Source: Candidatus Poseidoniales archaeon (GTDB taxonomy: Archaea > Thermoplasmatota > Poseidoniia > Poseidoniales > Poseidoniaceae). From it: a stretch of 64,000 bases of DNA. The stretch covers positions 4,379 through 68,378 of the forward strand of contig JAYOBT010000003.1 in the NCBI GenBank assembly GCA_038105035.1, in the 5' to 3' direction. The notes beneath the pieces were generated by a model. It had not been told where the DNA came from and did not search any database. It was given only the letters and a program-made list of their open reading frames with translations. Position numbers and translations under genes: made by a program. This document shows, in pieces, positions 46,531 to 56,532 of this stretch. The first letter of the stretch is position 1. Every line of letters begins with the position of its first letter.

Positions 46531-48348
46531 TCATTCAACCGTTACTGATTTCGCAAGGTTGCGAGGACGGTCAACATCATTCTCCAAGGCCAATGCCGCT
46601 TGATAGGCAATGAGTTGTGTTGGAAGCACACTCAACAATGGTGTTAACATAGGCATCGTTGATGGAATTGGAATACTTACATCCGCTATTTCTGAGATAG
46701 CATCGCCTTCCTCGTGGATCAAGATGATCTTTGCACCGCGCGCTTTGCATTCATGAATGGCATTCAAGGTTTTATCTTGAACACCATCGTTCGGTGCAAT
46801 GACAACAACGGGTGAATTCTCTTCAATCAACGCAATTGGCCCATGCTTCATTTCACCGGCAGGGTAAGCGAGGCACGGAATGTAGGCGATCTCCATTAGT
46901 TTGAGCGCACCCTCAGATGCGACAGGAGATGAGATGCCTCTACCCAGAAACAAGACACTTTTCGCCTTTGTAACCAATCCAACTGCTTCTTCAATGGGAC
47001 CGGGTTTGTCAAGATAACTTCGTATTTTTTCTGGGAGTGTGCGCATTTCACGGATAATCGATTTCCCCTTCGTTTTAGAAAGATGGCGGCTTCGACCGAG
47101 TTGTAGAGCGAACAACGCTAAGGCTCCGACCATATTGGTAAACGCCTTTGTTGAAGCAACGGATTGTTCTGGCCCAGAATGTATGTATACGCCTTTGCCG
47201 CATTGCCTTGCTATACTTGAACCGACAACGTTCACGATGCCATAAACATCCGCCCCCTTGCGTTGAATTTCCTTGACTGCTGAGAGCGTGTCGGCCGTTT
47301 CTCCGGATTGAGAAATGGCTAAATGAAGTGCTTTAGGATTGATAACTGGGTCGTTGGCATTGAATTCACTCGCCACGTGAGATACCGCAGGAATTCTAGC
47401 CCATTGTTCAATCAGAATCTGGCCAATCTGAGCGGCATGCAAGGCCGTACCACAACCGATGAGGCGAACGTGCGGGAGTTGCGCGAGATCTTGTGGTTGT
47501 ACTTGCAAACCACCGAGTACGGATGTTCCCTCTGCATGACGTAAGCGACCCGAAATACAGTGCTGTAAGGATTGAGATTGTTCATGTATCTCCTTCAACA
47601 TGAAATGGGGATAATCCCCTAAATCGCTTTCTCCCCATTCCTCTTCTAACTGGAGATGGGAAGATTCAACCTCTTTGCCGTCGATTCGCATTACCTGAAG
47701 ATCTTGATCATCAACCTTTGCAATTTGTCCGTCTTCGAGCGCTACCAATTTGTCAGTATGCTCGCGAATCGCATGAGGATCGCTGGAGATGAACATCTCA
47801 TTCTTTCCCCGACCGATGATGAGAGGTGAACCATTCCGAGCGCACAGAACATAGTCGTAGTCTTCAAACAAAACACATACACCCCATGTCCCTCTCGCCA
47901 TTGAAAGAACACTCTGAAGCGCTTCAAGTGGCGCATCACCTTTCTCAAGTGCCATCGAGATGTAATGGCAGAACACTTCTGAATCGGTTTCAGAATTGAG
48001 TTGTACGCCTACGCTTTCAAGACGCTTACGAAGAGCATCCGAGTTTTGCAGAATACCATTGTGAACGATAGCCACTTTTCCATCGTTACTGAGATGAGGG
48101 TGCGCATTTTCTTTGGTGACCGCACCATGCGTAGCCCAACGCGTGTGGGCGATGCCCATCGAACCCTTGAATTTCGGTAATGACGAAGCCATTTCGGAAA
48201 TTTTTCCAATATCTTTGTACGATTGCAAATGTCCGTTCTTGACAACCACGCCACTTGAGTCATACCCGCGGTATTCAAGACGCATCAATCCTTTGACAAG
48301 CAAGGATGAGGCATTGCGGTGACCGATGTAGCCAAAGATTCCACACAT
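46531..48348 (-). CDS. glmS: Glutamine--fructose-6-phosphate aminotransferase.
   Basis: N-terminal nucleophile MCGIFGY. Two SIS domains. 605 aa. Confidence 0.95.
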   Translation of the reverse strand: MCGIFGYIGHRNASSLLVKGLMRLEYRGYDSSGVVVKNGHLQSYKDIGKISEMASSLPKFKGSMGIAHTRWATHGAVTKENAHPHLSNDGKVAIVHNGILQNSDALRKRLESVGVQLNSETDSEVFCHYISMALEKGDAPLEALQSVLSMARGTWGVCVLFEDYDYVLCARNGSPLIIGRGKNEMFISSDPHAIREHTDKLVALEDGQIAKVDDQDLQVMRIDGKEVESSHLQLEEEWGESDLGDYPHFMLKEIHEQSQSLQHCISGRLRHAEGTSVLGGLQVQPQDLAQLPHVRLIGCGTALHAAQIGQILIEQWARIPAVSHVASEFNANDPVINPKALHLAISQSGETADTLSAVKEIQRKGADVYGIVNVVGSSIARQCGKGVYIHSGPEQSVASTKAFTNMVGALALFALQLGRSRHLSKTKGKSIIREMRTLPEKIRSYLDKPGPIEEAVGLVTKAKSVLFLGRGISSPVASEGALKLMEIAYIPCLAYPAGEMKHGPIALIEENSPVVVIAPNDGVQDKTLNAIHECKARGAKIILIHEEGDAISEIADVSIPIPSTMPMLTPLLSVLPTQLIAYQAALALENDVDRPRNLAKSVTVE

Positions 48349-48357
48349 GGTATCATC

Positions 48358-51300
48358 TCAAAGATTGAATTTTTCCGAACAAATCGGGCAGGTGACTTGA
48401 GCTCGCATCAAATCCGTCACAGGGAAATTGGCATTGCATGAAGGGCAGACAGCTTGCCGCCGAAGAGGTGGCAAATCTGCTAACGGTGGAAGCGCACCAG
48501 GTTCGAGTTCAGCCACTGGTAGAGGAGGTAGGCCTTCTGCGACAGGAATGGAAGGCAATGGTGCTGGGTTCGGTAATGGAGGGAGCCCTTTAGAAACAAT
48601 ATCTGCAATTTCACGATCCTGTTTTCTCTTCATGCGGCGATTGAGTCGTGCATTCCCTTCCCCAGCAATGCTCTTGGCTTCAAGTTCTTCTGCAAGTGTG
48701 GGTTCTTCCATCTCAACCTGCACTGGAGGACTTATTGGTACTGTAGCGACTAGTTCTTCCTCTTCGTCGTCTTCCTCTACGTGTACGAGAATGGCAACTT
48801 CATCTTCCTCAAGGACGTCTGCGTCGACAACATCTTCTTTTTTGCCAGAACGAAGAGAGATGACCACGAGAACGAACAGAATGAAAAGGACTGAAATCAG
48901 ACCAAGGAAAATCCTCACCTTCATTTTGTCCGACCCTGGAAGAGGTTCAAGCAGTTGCTCAAGCAGGGACTTTGCTTCCCCTGCATCTTGTTCCTCATCG
49001 AGGAGGAATTTCTGCATAGAAAAACGTCCTGTTTCAGATACGAGGAACAGAATTCCGTCTTGAGCATTCATACTGTATCCGAGAACCCCGTTCTCAGATA
49101 CAATGTTTCCAAGACCAAATACGGGTTGCTCTTTTTCACTTGTCAGAATTCCATAACGAGCTACTTTTCCACGGACTGTGATTTCATCGTAAATGACCTC
49201 GACCATATCGTTACGTTGGTTGTACAAGACAATGGATGCGCCTGGTGCCTGAACACGATACATCTCCTCGTCCCAATCTCCTTGGGTCGCTATCGTAACA
49301 ATCTCCGCATTTTGACCAGAACCTTCAATCCATGAGGCAAAAATGGTCTTATCGTTATCGATTGTTAGTATCGCAATTTGAGCAGAGAATGCGTCATCTC
49401 CAATCGAAGACTGGTACGACCATGAAGTCGACATGAGATCACCTCTTGCATACATCAAGCCACTTCGCTCGACTCCGGTTACATCGTCTCGTTCCTGTTG
49501 GAAGAGAATATGCAAGACTTCGTCATCGAGTACGGTCGACAACTTGTCACCATCATCGGGATGAATCTCGACGTTTGCGAGATGCGTCTTTGGCTCACTC
49601 CAACTCGCACCCTCATCGGGAGTGGAAGAATACAAACTGAAAATCGAGGTGACATCACTCCATGAGCCACCCGTGGAAATATTACGGTAGTATCCTGACA
49701 AAACCATTGTTCCATCATCCTCGGCCAAATCAAGTCCCCAATATTTGCCCTCGGAAATTTTCAGTGGCGTGAGGTGCTTGTGTATGGGAAGCATCTGCCC
49801 TGCAGAAGAAAAAGAAGTCATAGCAACATTGCTCATGAAGTATCCTTGCTCGCTTTGTTCTCTGCTCGTCCAAGCAGCATGCACCAACCCGTCTTCTCTA
49901 AGGTGAACGTCAAGTTCTCCTTCCCAGTTATCCTCGACGAGTGTGTCTGTCAGGAGCAAAAGATTGTCGTTCAAAGATCGAACGTGAAGTTCTCCGTCAA
50001 TCGATGTAAACACGAGCGTTGAGGATTCTACGCCGACAAAAGCAACAGGGAATTCGCCATCGGATAAGGAAAGCGTGGTTGAACCTGCAACGGTTGATAC
50101 ATCGCTCACTACAACACTGAACGTTGTCTGACTGAATTCGCTTTCGACACCATCTCCCGTAAGTGTAGCACGGTACAATACCGCGCCGATCTCATCTGAT
50201 TGATGTCTAAAGTCAACGGTGGTGTATCCGGATTCACTGGTAGCACCTGGAACGAAACCAATTCGTTCTTCATCAATAAGTTGCCATCCAGCCTCAGGAA
50301 TCCAATACTCAAGTGCTATGTCAAGAGAGAATGCTTCGGATTTGCCAAGGTTGTCAATCCGTAGGTCAATTCTGTATTCTTCATCCACTAAGGGGACGAC
50401 TGGCAAGGTCGTAACGAAGCCAGGCAAGTAGCGTAGTACGGGTTGATCTGGTCGTTCCAAAATTTCGTAATCGATGGTGTACACATTGTCCGAGGTATCA
50501 GGGTCACCTTGTGCGTTGTTCGGATCCAGTTCAATCTGAACTTGATGCAACCCTGCAACGGTCGCAGACCAAAACAACGTGACTTGGACTGATTCTCCTT
50601 TTGGCAGATCAGGAATGAGGCCTTGCGAAGGATAGATTTCAGATTCATCCCCCGGAGCAACCAGTCGAACAAAGATATCCGAGGCATCAGCATCACCTGC
50701 ATTGTAGACCTCAAACTTGATCTCAAGTAAACTTCCTTGATACGCCTCTTCTGCTGGCATGCCGCGATTCAGCACCTCAAAATCACCAACAAATCGCAAC
50801 GATGGCGCAGGGTCAACGTTGTCGATTGTGTAACTCCTTTGAACGATTTTTGATTCTTTTCCGGAGTTGTTCACCATGCGTACAGAGAGTTCTCTGAATC
50901 CATCATCAACTTCGGTTGTATCCCAGTTGAACGACCAAACTGACTTCCCATCTTCGCCTGGATTGTTATTGGTTTGAATTGTACTACCAAACAACCATTC
51001 GCCATCATCGACACGGTACTCGATTCGATCATGCTCCACGCCTTCAACTTCTCCTTTGACTTCAACCGTACCTGTCAAGGAGTTTCGCGAGATGGGCGTA
51101 TCTATCAGGATACTTTCTCGAGAAACCTTGAACTTGCGATAAGCCACGTTGGAAACGTTTCCATCATCGTCGGAGGCTTTAGCATGTAGAAGTAAGAACT
51201 TCTCATTCGAGCTATAATCGACCCATGAATCTTGAACTTCAACATCGAGGAACCAACTTTCCATGGTACCATTGGCTTCAGTCCAATCCAGCAGCATCTT

Positions 51301-53205
51301 TGGACCACGATTGTTGAAATGTTGCTCAATGTACACCTCAACACGTTGATAGGCGATTTCGGTCATGTTGACTTCCCCTGAAATGCGAGTGAATGAATCG
51401 CTCAGCAACCACGTTCCATTGGAAGGATAACTTACGTTGACATCGCTCTTTGATTCTTTCACTACGAACCCGTTGTCGCATGGAACGCCCTCGATTGAAT
51501 TCACGGCACATGCTGCGTCGATGATTCCAAATCCGTACTTTTCATTCCATCTCTCGGACAAGGTTTCGTCGTATGGGTCTCCTCTTTGTTCGGAACTGTT
51601 TCGAAGAATATCCTTTACTTCCTGAGGGCTGAGGGACGAATCGGCTTCCAACATGAGCGCAACAATTCCCGAAGCAATCGGAGTGGCCATGCTCGTCCCT
51701 GACTTCGAATCGTATTGGTCGTCCGCAAGACCCGTATCTCCCGGTATCGGTAATGATGTTCCGTAGGTCGCTGAGATAATGTTGTGGCCATACGATGTGA
51801 TGTCTGGTTTGAGTTCATCCCATTCATCATCATCTCCATCGCTAATTCGTGGGCCCCAATTTGAGAAATCAGAATGCTCGTCGTCATCGCGTAGGATTGT
51901 GTTCTTGTCGTTGACTGAGCCGACTGTGATTGCACCGTCTGCACTTCCAGGGGACGGTACTCTGTTGCTACCATCGTTACCGATGGCTACAACACAGATG
52001 ATACCTTCAGCAGTGGCTTGGTTAATGAGTGATGCCTCAGCGCTTGTTCCATTATCCCCCTGATCGCCTGCATTAAGAGGAGTCCCCACAGAGCCGTACG
52101 ACATGGATGCGACCTGAATACCACGGTATGTCGAGTTGATGCCCCAGTCCGTATCCTTGTTGTTGATCATCCATTGGATTCCAGCTAAACTCGCTTGCGA
52201 ATTGGTTCCACCGCTGTCTGTTAAGACCTTGATATCAACCAAAGCAGCACCAGGAGCAGTTCCTCTGTGAGTACGGGTTGTATCGCCTGTGCCCAATGCA
52301 GAACCTGCTACGTGCGTTCCGTGACCGTTTCCATCGTCTGGATCGGCGGAGCCATCTGGATTCGGATTTGGAGAAGTCGCATCAAAACCTGCGACCCACT
52401 TCTGGTCGCTGTAAGTTGATGCATCTGCATCGGGTGCATCATCGATGTCATCAAAATCATTGAGGGAACGATGTTCATTATCGACACCAGTGTCCATCAC
52501 TGCAATAACGACCCCTGTTCCATAGTAACCCAACTCATGTGCTGTGTTTCCGTATTCCTGTGAAGGACGTGCCAGTGCTGCTTTTGAAGCAACATCGTTC
52601 AATGGAGCCATGACGTTTTGCATCTCAACAACGACAACTCCCTCAAGGTGATAAATATCCATGAGAGCGGATACAGGGACCTTGTCGACAACGATGCTGT
52701 CAATACTCCGCAGTACTTCGAACCAAGCGCCATTCTCAATACCAATCCAACCATGGGCATCGAGCGTTGTCTTCAGAGAAGTGATCTCTGGCTCTGAAGG
52801 ATGCCACGCGTAATCGACGACGATAGCCACCGTTTTGCGACCATCTGGGCCAATGATGGCCGTAGGTGACGCTGAATCCATGCCGTCAAGAACACGCTGT
52901 AGTCGATCATCCATCCCATTCCAGTCAAGGTCTGGACCGTAGGCCTGCCACCATCCGTAATCCAAGGAAGCGGCTCGACCTTGACGGTCGTACATTCGAA
53001 GTGGGCGGTCGCACAACTCATCACCACACATGAGTGGAGGGAGCCCTTCGACCATAATCGGAGGCGCATGTGTAGGTTCTTGCACCTCAGGAAGCGTTTC
53101 TATTGCCTGAACTTGTGATGCCATAGGCAACAAAAGCATGAGCAAAACCAAGAACAATGCCTGCCTTGGATTCGAATAACGAGACCTTCCGCTCATAATC
53201 GCCAT
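48358..53205 (-). CDS. Giant (1615 aa) membrane-anchored subtilisin-like serine peptidase (S8). It has C-terminal beta-rich domains, a TM helix, a poly-acidic stretch, GLPPLP repeats and a terminal C4 zinc ribbon.
   Basis: Signal MAIMSGRSRYSNPRQALFLVLLMLLLPMASQVQA. Catalytic triad motifs VIAVMDTGVD (Asp), HGTHVAGS (His), GTSMATPIASG (Ser). C-terminus GLISVLFILFVLVVISLRSGKKED (TM), EEDEVAILVHVEEDDEEEE, KGLPPLPNPAPLPSIPVAEGLPPLPVAELEPGALPPLADLPPL, CPSCNANFPVTDLMRAQVTCPIC. Confidence 0.9.
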   Translation of the reverse strand: MAIMSGRSRYSNPRQALFLVLLMLLLPMASQVQAIETLPEVQEPTHAPPIMVEGLPPLMCGDELCDRPLRMYDRQGRAASLDYGWWQAYGPDLDWNGMDDRLQRVLDGMDSASPTAIIGPDGRKTVAIVVDYAWHPSEPEITSLKTTLDAHGWIGIENGAWFEVLRSIDSIVVDKVPVSALMDIYHLEGVVVVEMQNVMAPLNDVASKAALARPSQEYGNTAHELGYYGTGVVIAVMDTGVDNEHRSLNDFDDIDDAPDADASTYSDQKWVAGFDATSPNPNPDGSADPDDGNGHGTHVAGSALGTGDTTRTHRGTAPGAALVDIKVLTDSGGTNSQASLAGIQWMINNKDTDWGINSTYRGIQVASMSYGSVGTPLNAGDQGDNGTSAEASLINQATAEGIICVVAIGNDGSNRVPSPGSADGAITVGSVNDKNTILRDDDEHSDFSNWGPRISDGDDDEWDELKPDITSYGHNIISATYGTSLPIPGDTGLADDQYDSKSGTSMATPIASGIVALMLEADSSLSPQEVKDILRNSSEQRGDPYDETLSERWNEKYGFGIIDAACAVNSIEGVPCDNGFVVKESKSDVNVSYPSNGTWLLSDSFTRISGEVNMTEIAYQRVEVYIEQHFNNRGPKMLLDWTEANGTMESWFLDVEVQDSWVDYSSNEKFLLLHAKASDDDGNVSNVAYRKFKVSRESILIDTPISRNSLTGTVEVKGEVEGVEHDRIEYRVDDGEWLFGSTIQTNNNPGEDGKSVWSFNWDTTEVDDGFRELSVRMVNNSGKESKIVQRSYTIDNVDPAPSLRFVGDFEVLNRGMPAEEAYQGSLLEIKFEVYNAGDADASDIFVRLVAPGDESEIYPSQGLIPDLPKGESVQVTLFWSATVAGLHQVQIELDPNNAQGDPDTSDNVYTIDYEILERPDQPVLRYLPGFVTTLPVVPLVDEEYRIDLRIDNLGKSEAFSLDIALEYWIPEAGWQLIDEERIGFVPGATSESGYTTVDFRHQSDEIGAVLYRATLTGDGVESEFSQTTFSVVVSDVSTVAGSTTLSLSDGEFPVAFVGVESSTLVFTSIDGELHVRSLNDNLLLLTDTLVEDNWEGELDVHLREDGLVHAAWTSREQSEQGYFMSNVAMTSFSSAGQMLPIHKHLTPLKISEGKYWGLDLAEDDGTMVLSGYYRNISTGGSWSDVTSIFSLYSSTPDEGASWSEPKTHLANVEIHPDDGDKLSTVLDDEVLHILFQQERDDVTGVERSGLMYARGDLMSTSWSYQSSIGDDAFSAQIAILTIDNDKTIFASWIEGSGQNAEIVTIATQGDWDEEMYRVQAPGASIVLYNQRNDMVEVIYDEITVRGKVARYGILTSEKEQPVFGLGNIVSENGVLGYSMNAQDGILFLVSETGRFSMQKFLLDEEQDAGEAKSLLEQLLEPLPGSDKMKVRIFLGLISVLFILFVLVVISLRSGKKEDVVDADVLEEDEVAILVHVEEDDEEEELVATVPISPPVQVEMEEPTLAEELEAKSIAGEGNARLNRRMKRKQDREIADIVSKGLPPLPNPAPLPSIPVAEGLPPLPVAELEPGALPPLADLPPLRRQAVCPSCNANFPVTDLMRAQVTCPICSEKFNL

Positions 53206-53266
53206 ACCTCACCACAAATCGATATATTTTGATGGTATCGCTCCAACGTGTATTGATTAACCCAGA

Positions 53267-54367
53267 TTATCCATGCTTTGGCCAGGACAGATGTTTCGGT
53301 TCTTTTGAGCATTGAAGTTGAGGCCCTGTACGGCGCTCGACCATACCTAGTGGAGCCAAACATACAGGGCAGTCTCCTGCTTCTGCAATATGTTCCATCC
53401 ACGCTATTCGGGTTTCTGCCTCATCTCCTGCTTCCTTGAGTTTTCGCAATGGTTCGCGCAAGTTCTTGGGGACATCGAGTCCGAGTTCTGTCCAAGGGTC
53501 GTCAATATCGGACACGTCGACCATCGATGATTTAATTTGATCAAATCCTGCTCTTGAATTACCGAATCCTTTGGGGCCTCCATCGACAACACCCATCGGA
53601 TAAGGCCCCCCTCTTGCGACGAGGGGAAGCAATGCATAGGCAGCGACGAACCCTCCGATGTGTGCCATGTGGGCAACTGTGGAATATCCTCCGAGGCCAA
53701 CCGTATTGAACGCTCGAATCAACTCAAATCCAAAATAAAACAAGGCTATGATGGTAACTGGCCATGGTCGAATCAGAATGAGTGGGAACGGGATTTCGTC
53801 CCGAGGCCAACCAGAAAGATAGGCTCCAAGTAGGCCATATGCTGCACCAGACGCTCCCCAAGATGGTGTTCCTGAGCCACTGTTGAAGAGGACCCAGGCA
53901 ATTGAACCTCCGAGCAATCCTGTCACATAGACGATTGTGAACCGTTTTGTGCCCAACCGCTGCTCAAGTGGAATTCCAACCAAGGCGATGACAAGGACGT
54001 TTCCAAGAACGTGGGTCACGTCGCTCATACTGTGTAGGAAGCCTGCTGTGAACAGGGTTGGGTAATAGACAACGGAATTCAATCGTTCAGGAATCAACCA
54101 AAAATCAAACCACACAAAGCGGAATTCAAGACCGTACGAAGCCATCACAACAAAGGCATACTGGACAATGTAACCCAACAATAATCCAACGGAAATCCCC
54201 AGTGCAATCGGTGTCTTATTGCGGAATGAGTAAGCAATTGGAGACACAACTGCGAAAATCCACAAGCACAAGATGATCCATTCAGAGGCTCCGAATGTTG
54301 TAAGATACAACTGCCCCATACATCCCCGACCATTTGCTCGACTATGGGTCTTGTCCTGTCGTAGCAT
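53267..54367 (-). CDS. Rhomboid-family intramembrane serine protease with a C-terminal cytoplasmic Cys-rich (zinc-ribbon-like) extension.
   Basis: GASGAAYGLLGAYL (GxSG catalytic Ser) and AHIGGFVAAYAL (catalytic His) in TM helices. C-terminal CPVCLAPLGMVERRTGPQLQCSKEPKH. It lies 61 nt upstream of, and co-oriented with, the S8 subtilase. Confidence 0.85.
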   Translation of the reverse strand: MLRQDKTHSRANGRGCMGQLYLTTFGASEWIILCLWIFAVVSPIAYSFRNKTPIALGISVGLLLGYIVQYAFVVMASYGLEFRFVWFDFWLIPERLNSVVYYPTLFTAGFLHSMSDVTHVLGNVLVIALVGIPLEQRLGTKRFTIVYVTGLLGGSIAWVLFNSGSGTPSWGASGAAYGLLGAYLSGWPRDEIPFPLILIRPWPVTIIALFYFGFELIRAFNTVGLGGYSTVAHMAHIGGFVAAYALLPLVARGGPYPMGVVDGGPKGFGNSRAGFDQIKSSMVDVSDIDDPWTELGLDVPKNLREPLRKLKEAGDEAETRIAWMEHIAEAGDCPVCLAPLGMVERRTGPQLQCSKEPKHLSWPKHG

Positions 54368-54396
54368 TCATTCATGTGTGTGTTTTGGATTGCACT

Positions 54397-55629
54397 ATGA
54401 GCGAAGCGCTGTTGTCTCTGAACGGCGTTTCCATTCGTCGCGGTTCCTCGGTCGTTCTCAACGACTTCAACCTTGAAGTCTCAAGCGGACAACTCGTCCT
54501 TTTGAGCGACAGGAATGGTGCTGGAAAGTCGACCATGATCGAAGCAGCAGCAGGTCTTTTACCTCTTGAAAAAGGAGAAATTCTCCACAATGGGGAAATT
54601 CTTCTCGATGCATCTGGACGATCAAAAAGGCCAAAATTTCCCTTTGGATTGACGTTGCAATCCGATGGATGTGTTGGAAGTTTACGCGTCGAAGAACATC
54701 TTTTCAACGCCCTCGACCTTGCAGGCGGCCGTATCGAAATCGATGCATGGCTCGAGCGGTACAATCTGGCTCATCGAAGACATGATTTGATTGCACATTT
54801 GTCTGGCGGCCAACGACGCAAAGTGGCCATGCTCGCTGGAATGTTACCTGGATTTGTTAGCCAAACACCCCGTATTTTACTGTTGGACGAACCGGCAGCT
54901 GGACTTGACGCAGCATCCCGTTCGTCACTGGTTGAGGATTTGCATGAACTTCGGCATCGAGGAAACGCTATTCTCCTTGCAAGTCATCACTCTGATTTTA
55001 CGGCTTGTGCAACGCATATTCTAACTGAGAATAAAATGGAAACAAACGAAGCCACAGAGAAATCAGATCTAATGAATCGGGACTTGAAATCAACGTCTCA
55101 TCAAAGCAATTCTGCATTTCGAACAGGATTTTTGCTCAACCAACGTACGCTATCTACACTCGCAAGCAATGGTATAGCCGGATTCCTGACGCTCGGGATT
55201 CTGCTCGCACTCGTCGATGCTTCAGCCGTTGATTCTTCTTTGCTGCAAGCATCTGGTTTGTTCCTGAGTGCAGCTTTCGCAGCAGGGCTCGTCGGCGATA
55301 ACATGGTTTCGATGTTGCATGAACACAGAGCTTTGGATTGGTGGAAAGCCCATCGACAAGGCATTCCAAATTCGTACATCCACGGTCTTGTCCTCGGTTC
55401 AGGATTGACAGCATTGACGCAGTTAGGATTTGATGTTGCCGTTTCATGGCCTCTGTTGGCCATTGGTGGCTTGCTCACAATCTCGACCATGATGATGGTC
55501 CGATGGATGGATCTTGCCGCCTCGCGATTGGCTCGACCACGTGCTGCATACACTCGAATTCTGACACCAATTCTGATTCTTCCTTTCGCACTGCTCGTTC
55601 AATGGATTACCGATTCTGGTCTATTGTAA
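54397..55629 (+). CDS. ccmA: Cytochrome c maturation ABC exporter: CcmA ATPase fused to a CcmB-like membrane domain.
   Basis: Walker A DRNGAGKST. Signature LSGGQRRKV. Walker B ILLLDEPAAGLD. H-loop LLASHH. Then about 200 aa with 4-6 TM helices (GIAGFLTLGILLALV, LFLSAAFAAGLVG, LVLGSGLTALTQLGFDVAVSWPLLAIGGLL, ILTPILILPFALLVQWI). ATG at 54397; the track start has a non-homologous extension. Confidence 0.72.
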   Translation: MSEALLSLNGVSIRRGSSVVLNDFNLEVSSGQLVLLSDRNGAGKSTMIEAAAGLLPLEKGEILHNGEILLDASGRSKRPKFPFGLTLQSDGCVGSLRVEEHLFNALDLAGGRIEIDAWLERYNLAHRRHDLIAHLSGGQRRKVAMLAGMLPGFVSQTPRILLLDEPAAGLDAASRSSLVEDLHELRHRGNAILLASHHSDFTACATHILTENKMETNEATEKSDLMNRDLKSTSHQSNSAFRTGFLLNQRTLSTLASNGIAGFLTLGILLALVDASAVDSSLLQASGLFLSAAFAAGLVGDNMVSMLHEHRALDWWKAHRQGIPNSYIHGLVLGSGLTALTQLGFDVAVSWPLLAIGGLLTISTMMMVRWMDLAASRLARPRAAYTRILTPILILPFALLVQWITDSGLL

Positions 55630-55667
55630 ATGCAACTATTGAAAGCAAAAGGTTCGGTGGAACAAAT

Positions 55668-56360
55668 ATGACCAAGCGATTGTCAGAGATGATTCTCTTG
55701 GTTGGTTTCATTGGTATTGGAGCAACCTTAGGTCTTGCGTTTCTCAAAGCACCTAGTGTTTCCATCAATGCCTTTGAATCACCTGACGCACAACGGATTT
55801 TCTATTGGCACGTTCCTGCTGCATGGGCTGCATTCATTGCCTTTGGCTTCCTTTTCTTGGGTTCAGCATTGTGGTTTTTCAAGCGTTCCGACCTTGGTTG
55901 GAGAATGCATGTTGCAGGCGCACAGGCTGGACTCGCCACCGGTTTGATGACAGTCTGGAGCGGTATGGTTTGGGGTTCCGCAGAATGGGGAGTTCCTTGG
56001 GATTGGACCGACGTTCGGCTGAACACATTTGGGCTACTCACATTCCTAGCATTGTTTCTCGTTCTGGGTAGGCAAGCGCAGCCCGATGGGGTCGAAACAC
56101 GCGATACCTTCTCGACATTCGGCCTGTTTGGATTTGTACTCGTTCCAGTTACATACGTTGCAACCCGGCTCTGGCAAATTCGACATCCTGGTCCAGTGAT
56201 CGGTGGTGGTGAAAGTGGAAGTCTTAATGGAGAAATGGCCCTTATTCTCCTCATTGGTGCAATCTCGTTCACAGTTTTCATTATCGGTCATGTCCTGATG
56301 AGCATGCGCATTACATCGCTCGAACAACGATTGGAAAGGATTCAAGAATCAAAGGATTAG
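55668..56360 (+). CDS. ccmC: Heme exporter protein CcmC (WWD-domain heme-handling protein).
   Basis: Trp-rich WWD motif WSGMVWGSAEWGVPWDWTDVRLNT (WGxxWxWDxRL). Conserved His in YWHVPAAW. Six TM helices. ATG at 55668, 38 nt after the ccmAB stop. Confidence 0.85.
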   Translation: MTKRLSEMILLVGFIGIGATLGLAFLKAPSVSINAFESPDAQRIFYWHVPAAWAAFIAFGFLFLGSALWFFKRSDLGWRMHVAGAQAGLATGLMTVWSGMVWGSAEWGVPWDWTDVRLNTFGLLTFLALFLVLGRQAQPDGVETRDTFSTFGLFGFVLVPVTYVATRLWQIRHPGPVIGGGESGSLNGEMALILLIGAISFTVFIIGHVLMSMRITSLEQRLERIQESKD

Positions 56361-56368
56361 GTGTAAAC

Positions 56369-56527
56369 ATGGCGGAAGGAATGACGTATCTTGCTGTGGC
56401 ATATCTCGGCATGCTCGTAGCCATCGGCCTTTGGACCTGGACGGTCTTTGCAAGAAGCAATGACCTTGAGAAAAGGATTGAGGCTGTTGAACGAAGCTTC
56501 GAAAAGGTTGGTCACGAACAGGAGTGA
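56369..56527 (+). CDS. ccmD: Heme exporter protein CcmD-like small single-pass membrane protein (52 aa; below the ORF-track length cutoff).
   Basis: Manual translation of ATG 56369 to TGA 56525-56527 gives MAEGMTYLAVAYLGMLVAIGLWTWTVFARSNDLEKRIEAVERSFEKVGHEQE. This is one TM helix plus a charged tail, positioned immediately after ccmC as in system I operons. Confidence 0.55.
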   Translation: MAEGMTYLAVAYLGMLVAIGLWTWTVFARSNDLEKRIEAVERSFEKVGHEQE

Positions 56528-56532
56528 GTTCA

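Noticed and set aside
48428-49063. 211-aa Ser/Arg-rich ORF (+) antisense to the subtilase C-terminal region.
   Set aside because: It is the antisense of the GAA/GAG-rich poly-acidic and Pro-rich coding stretch of the S8 protein. Its composition (SSSSSS runs) is the mirror of poly-Glu codons.
56369-56527. Treating the ccmC-nmd3 spacer as non-coding.
   Set aside because: The spacer contains a clean 52-codon ORF with one TM helix in the exact ccmD position. It is reported as a low-confidence CDS, not discarded.
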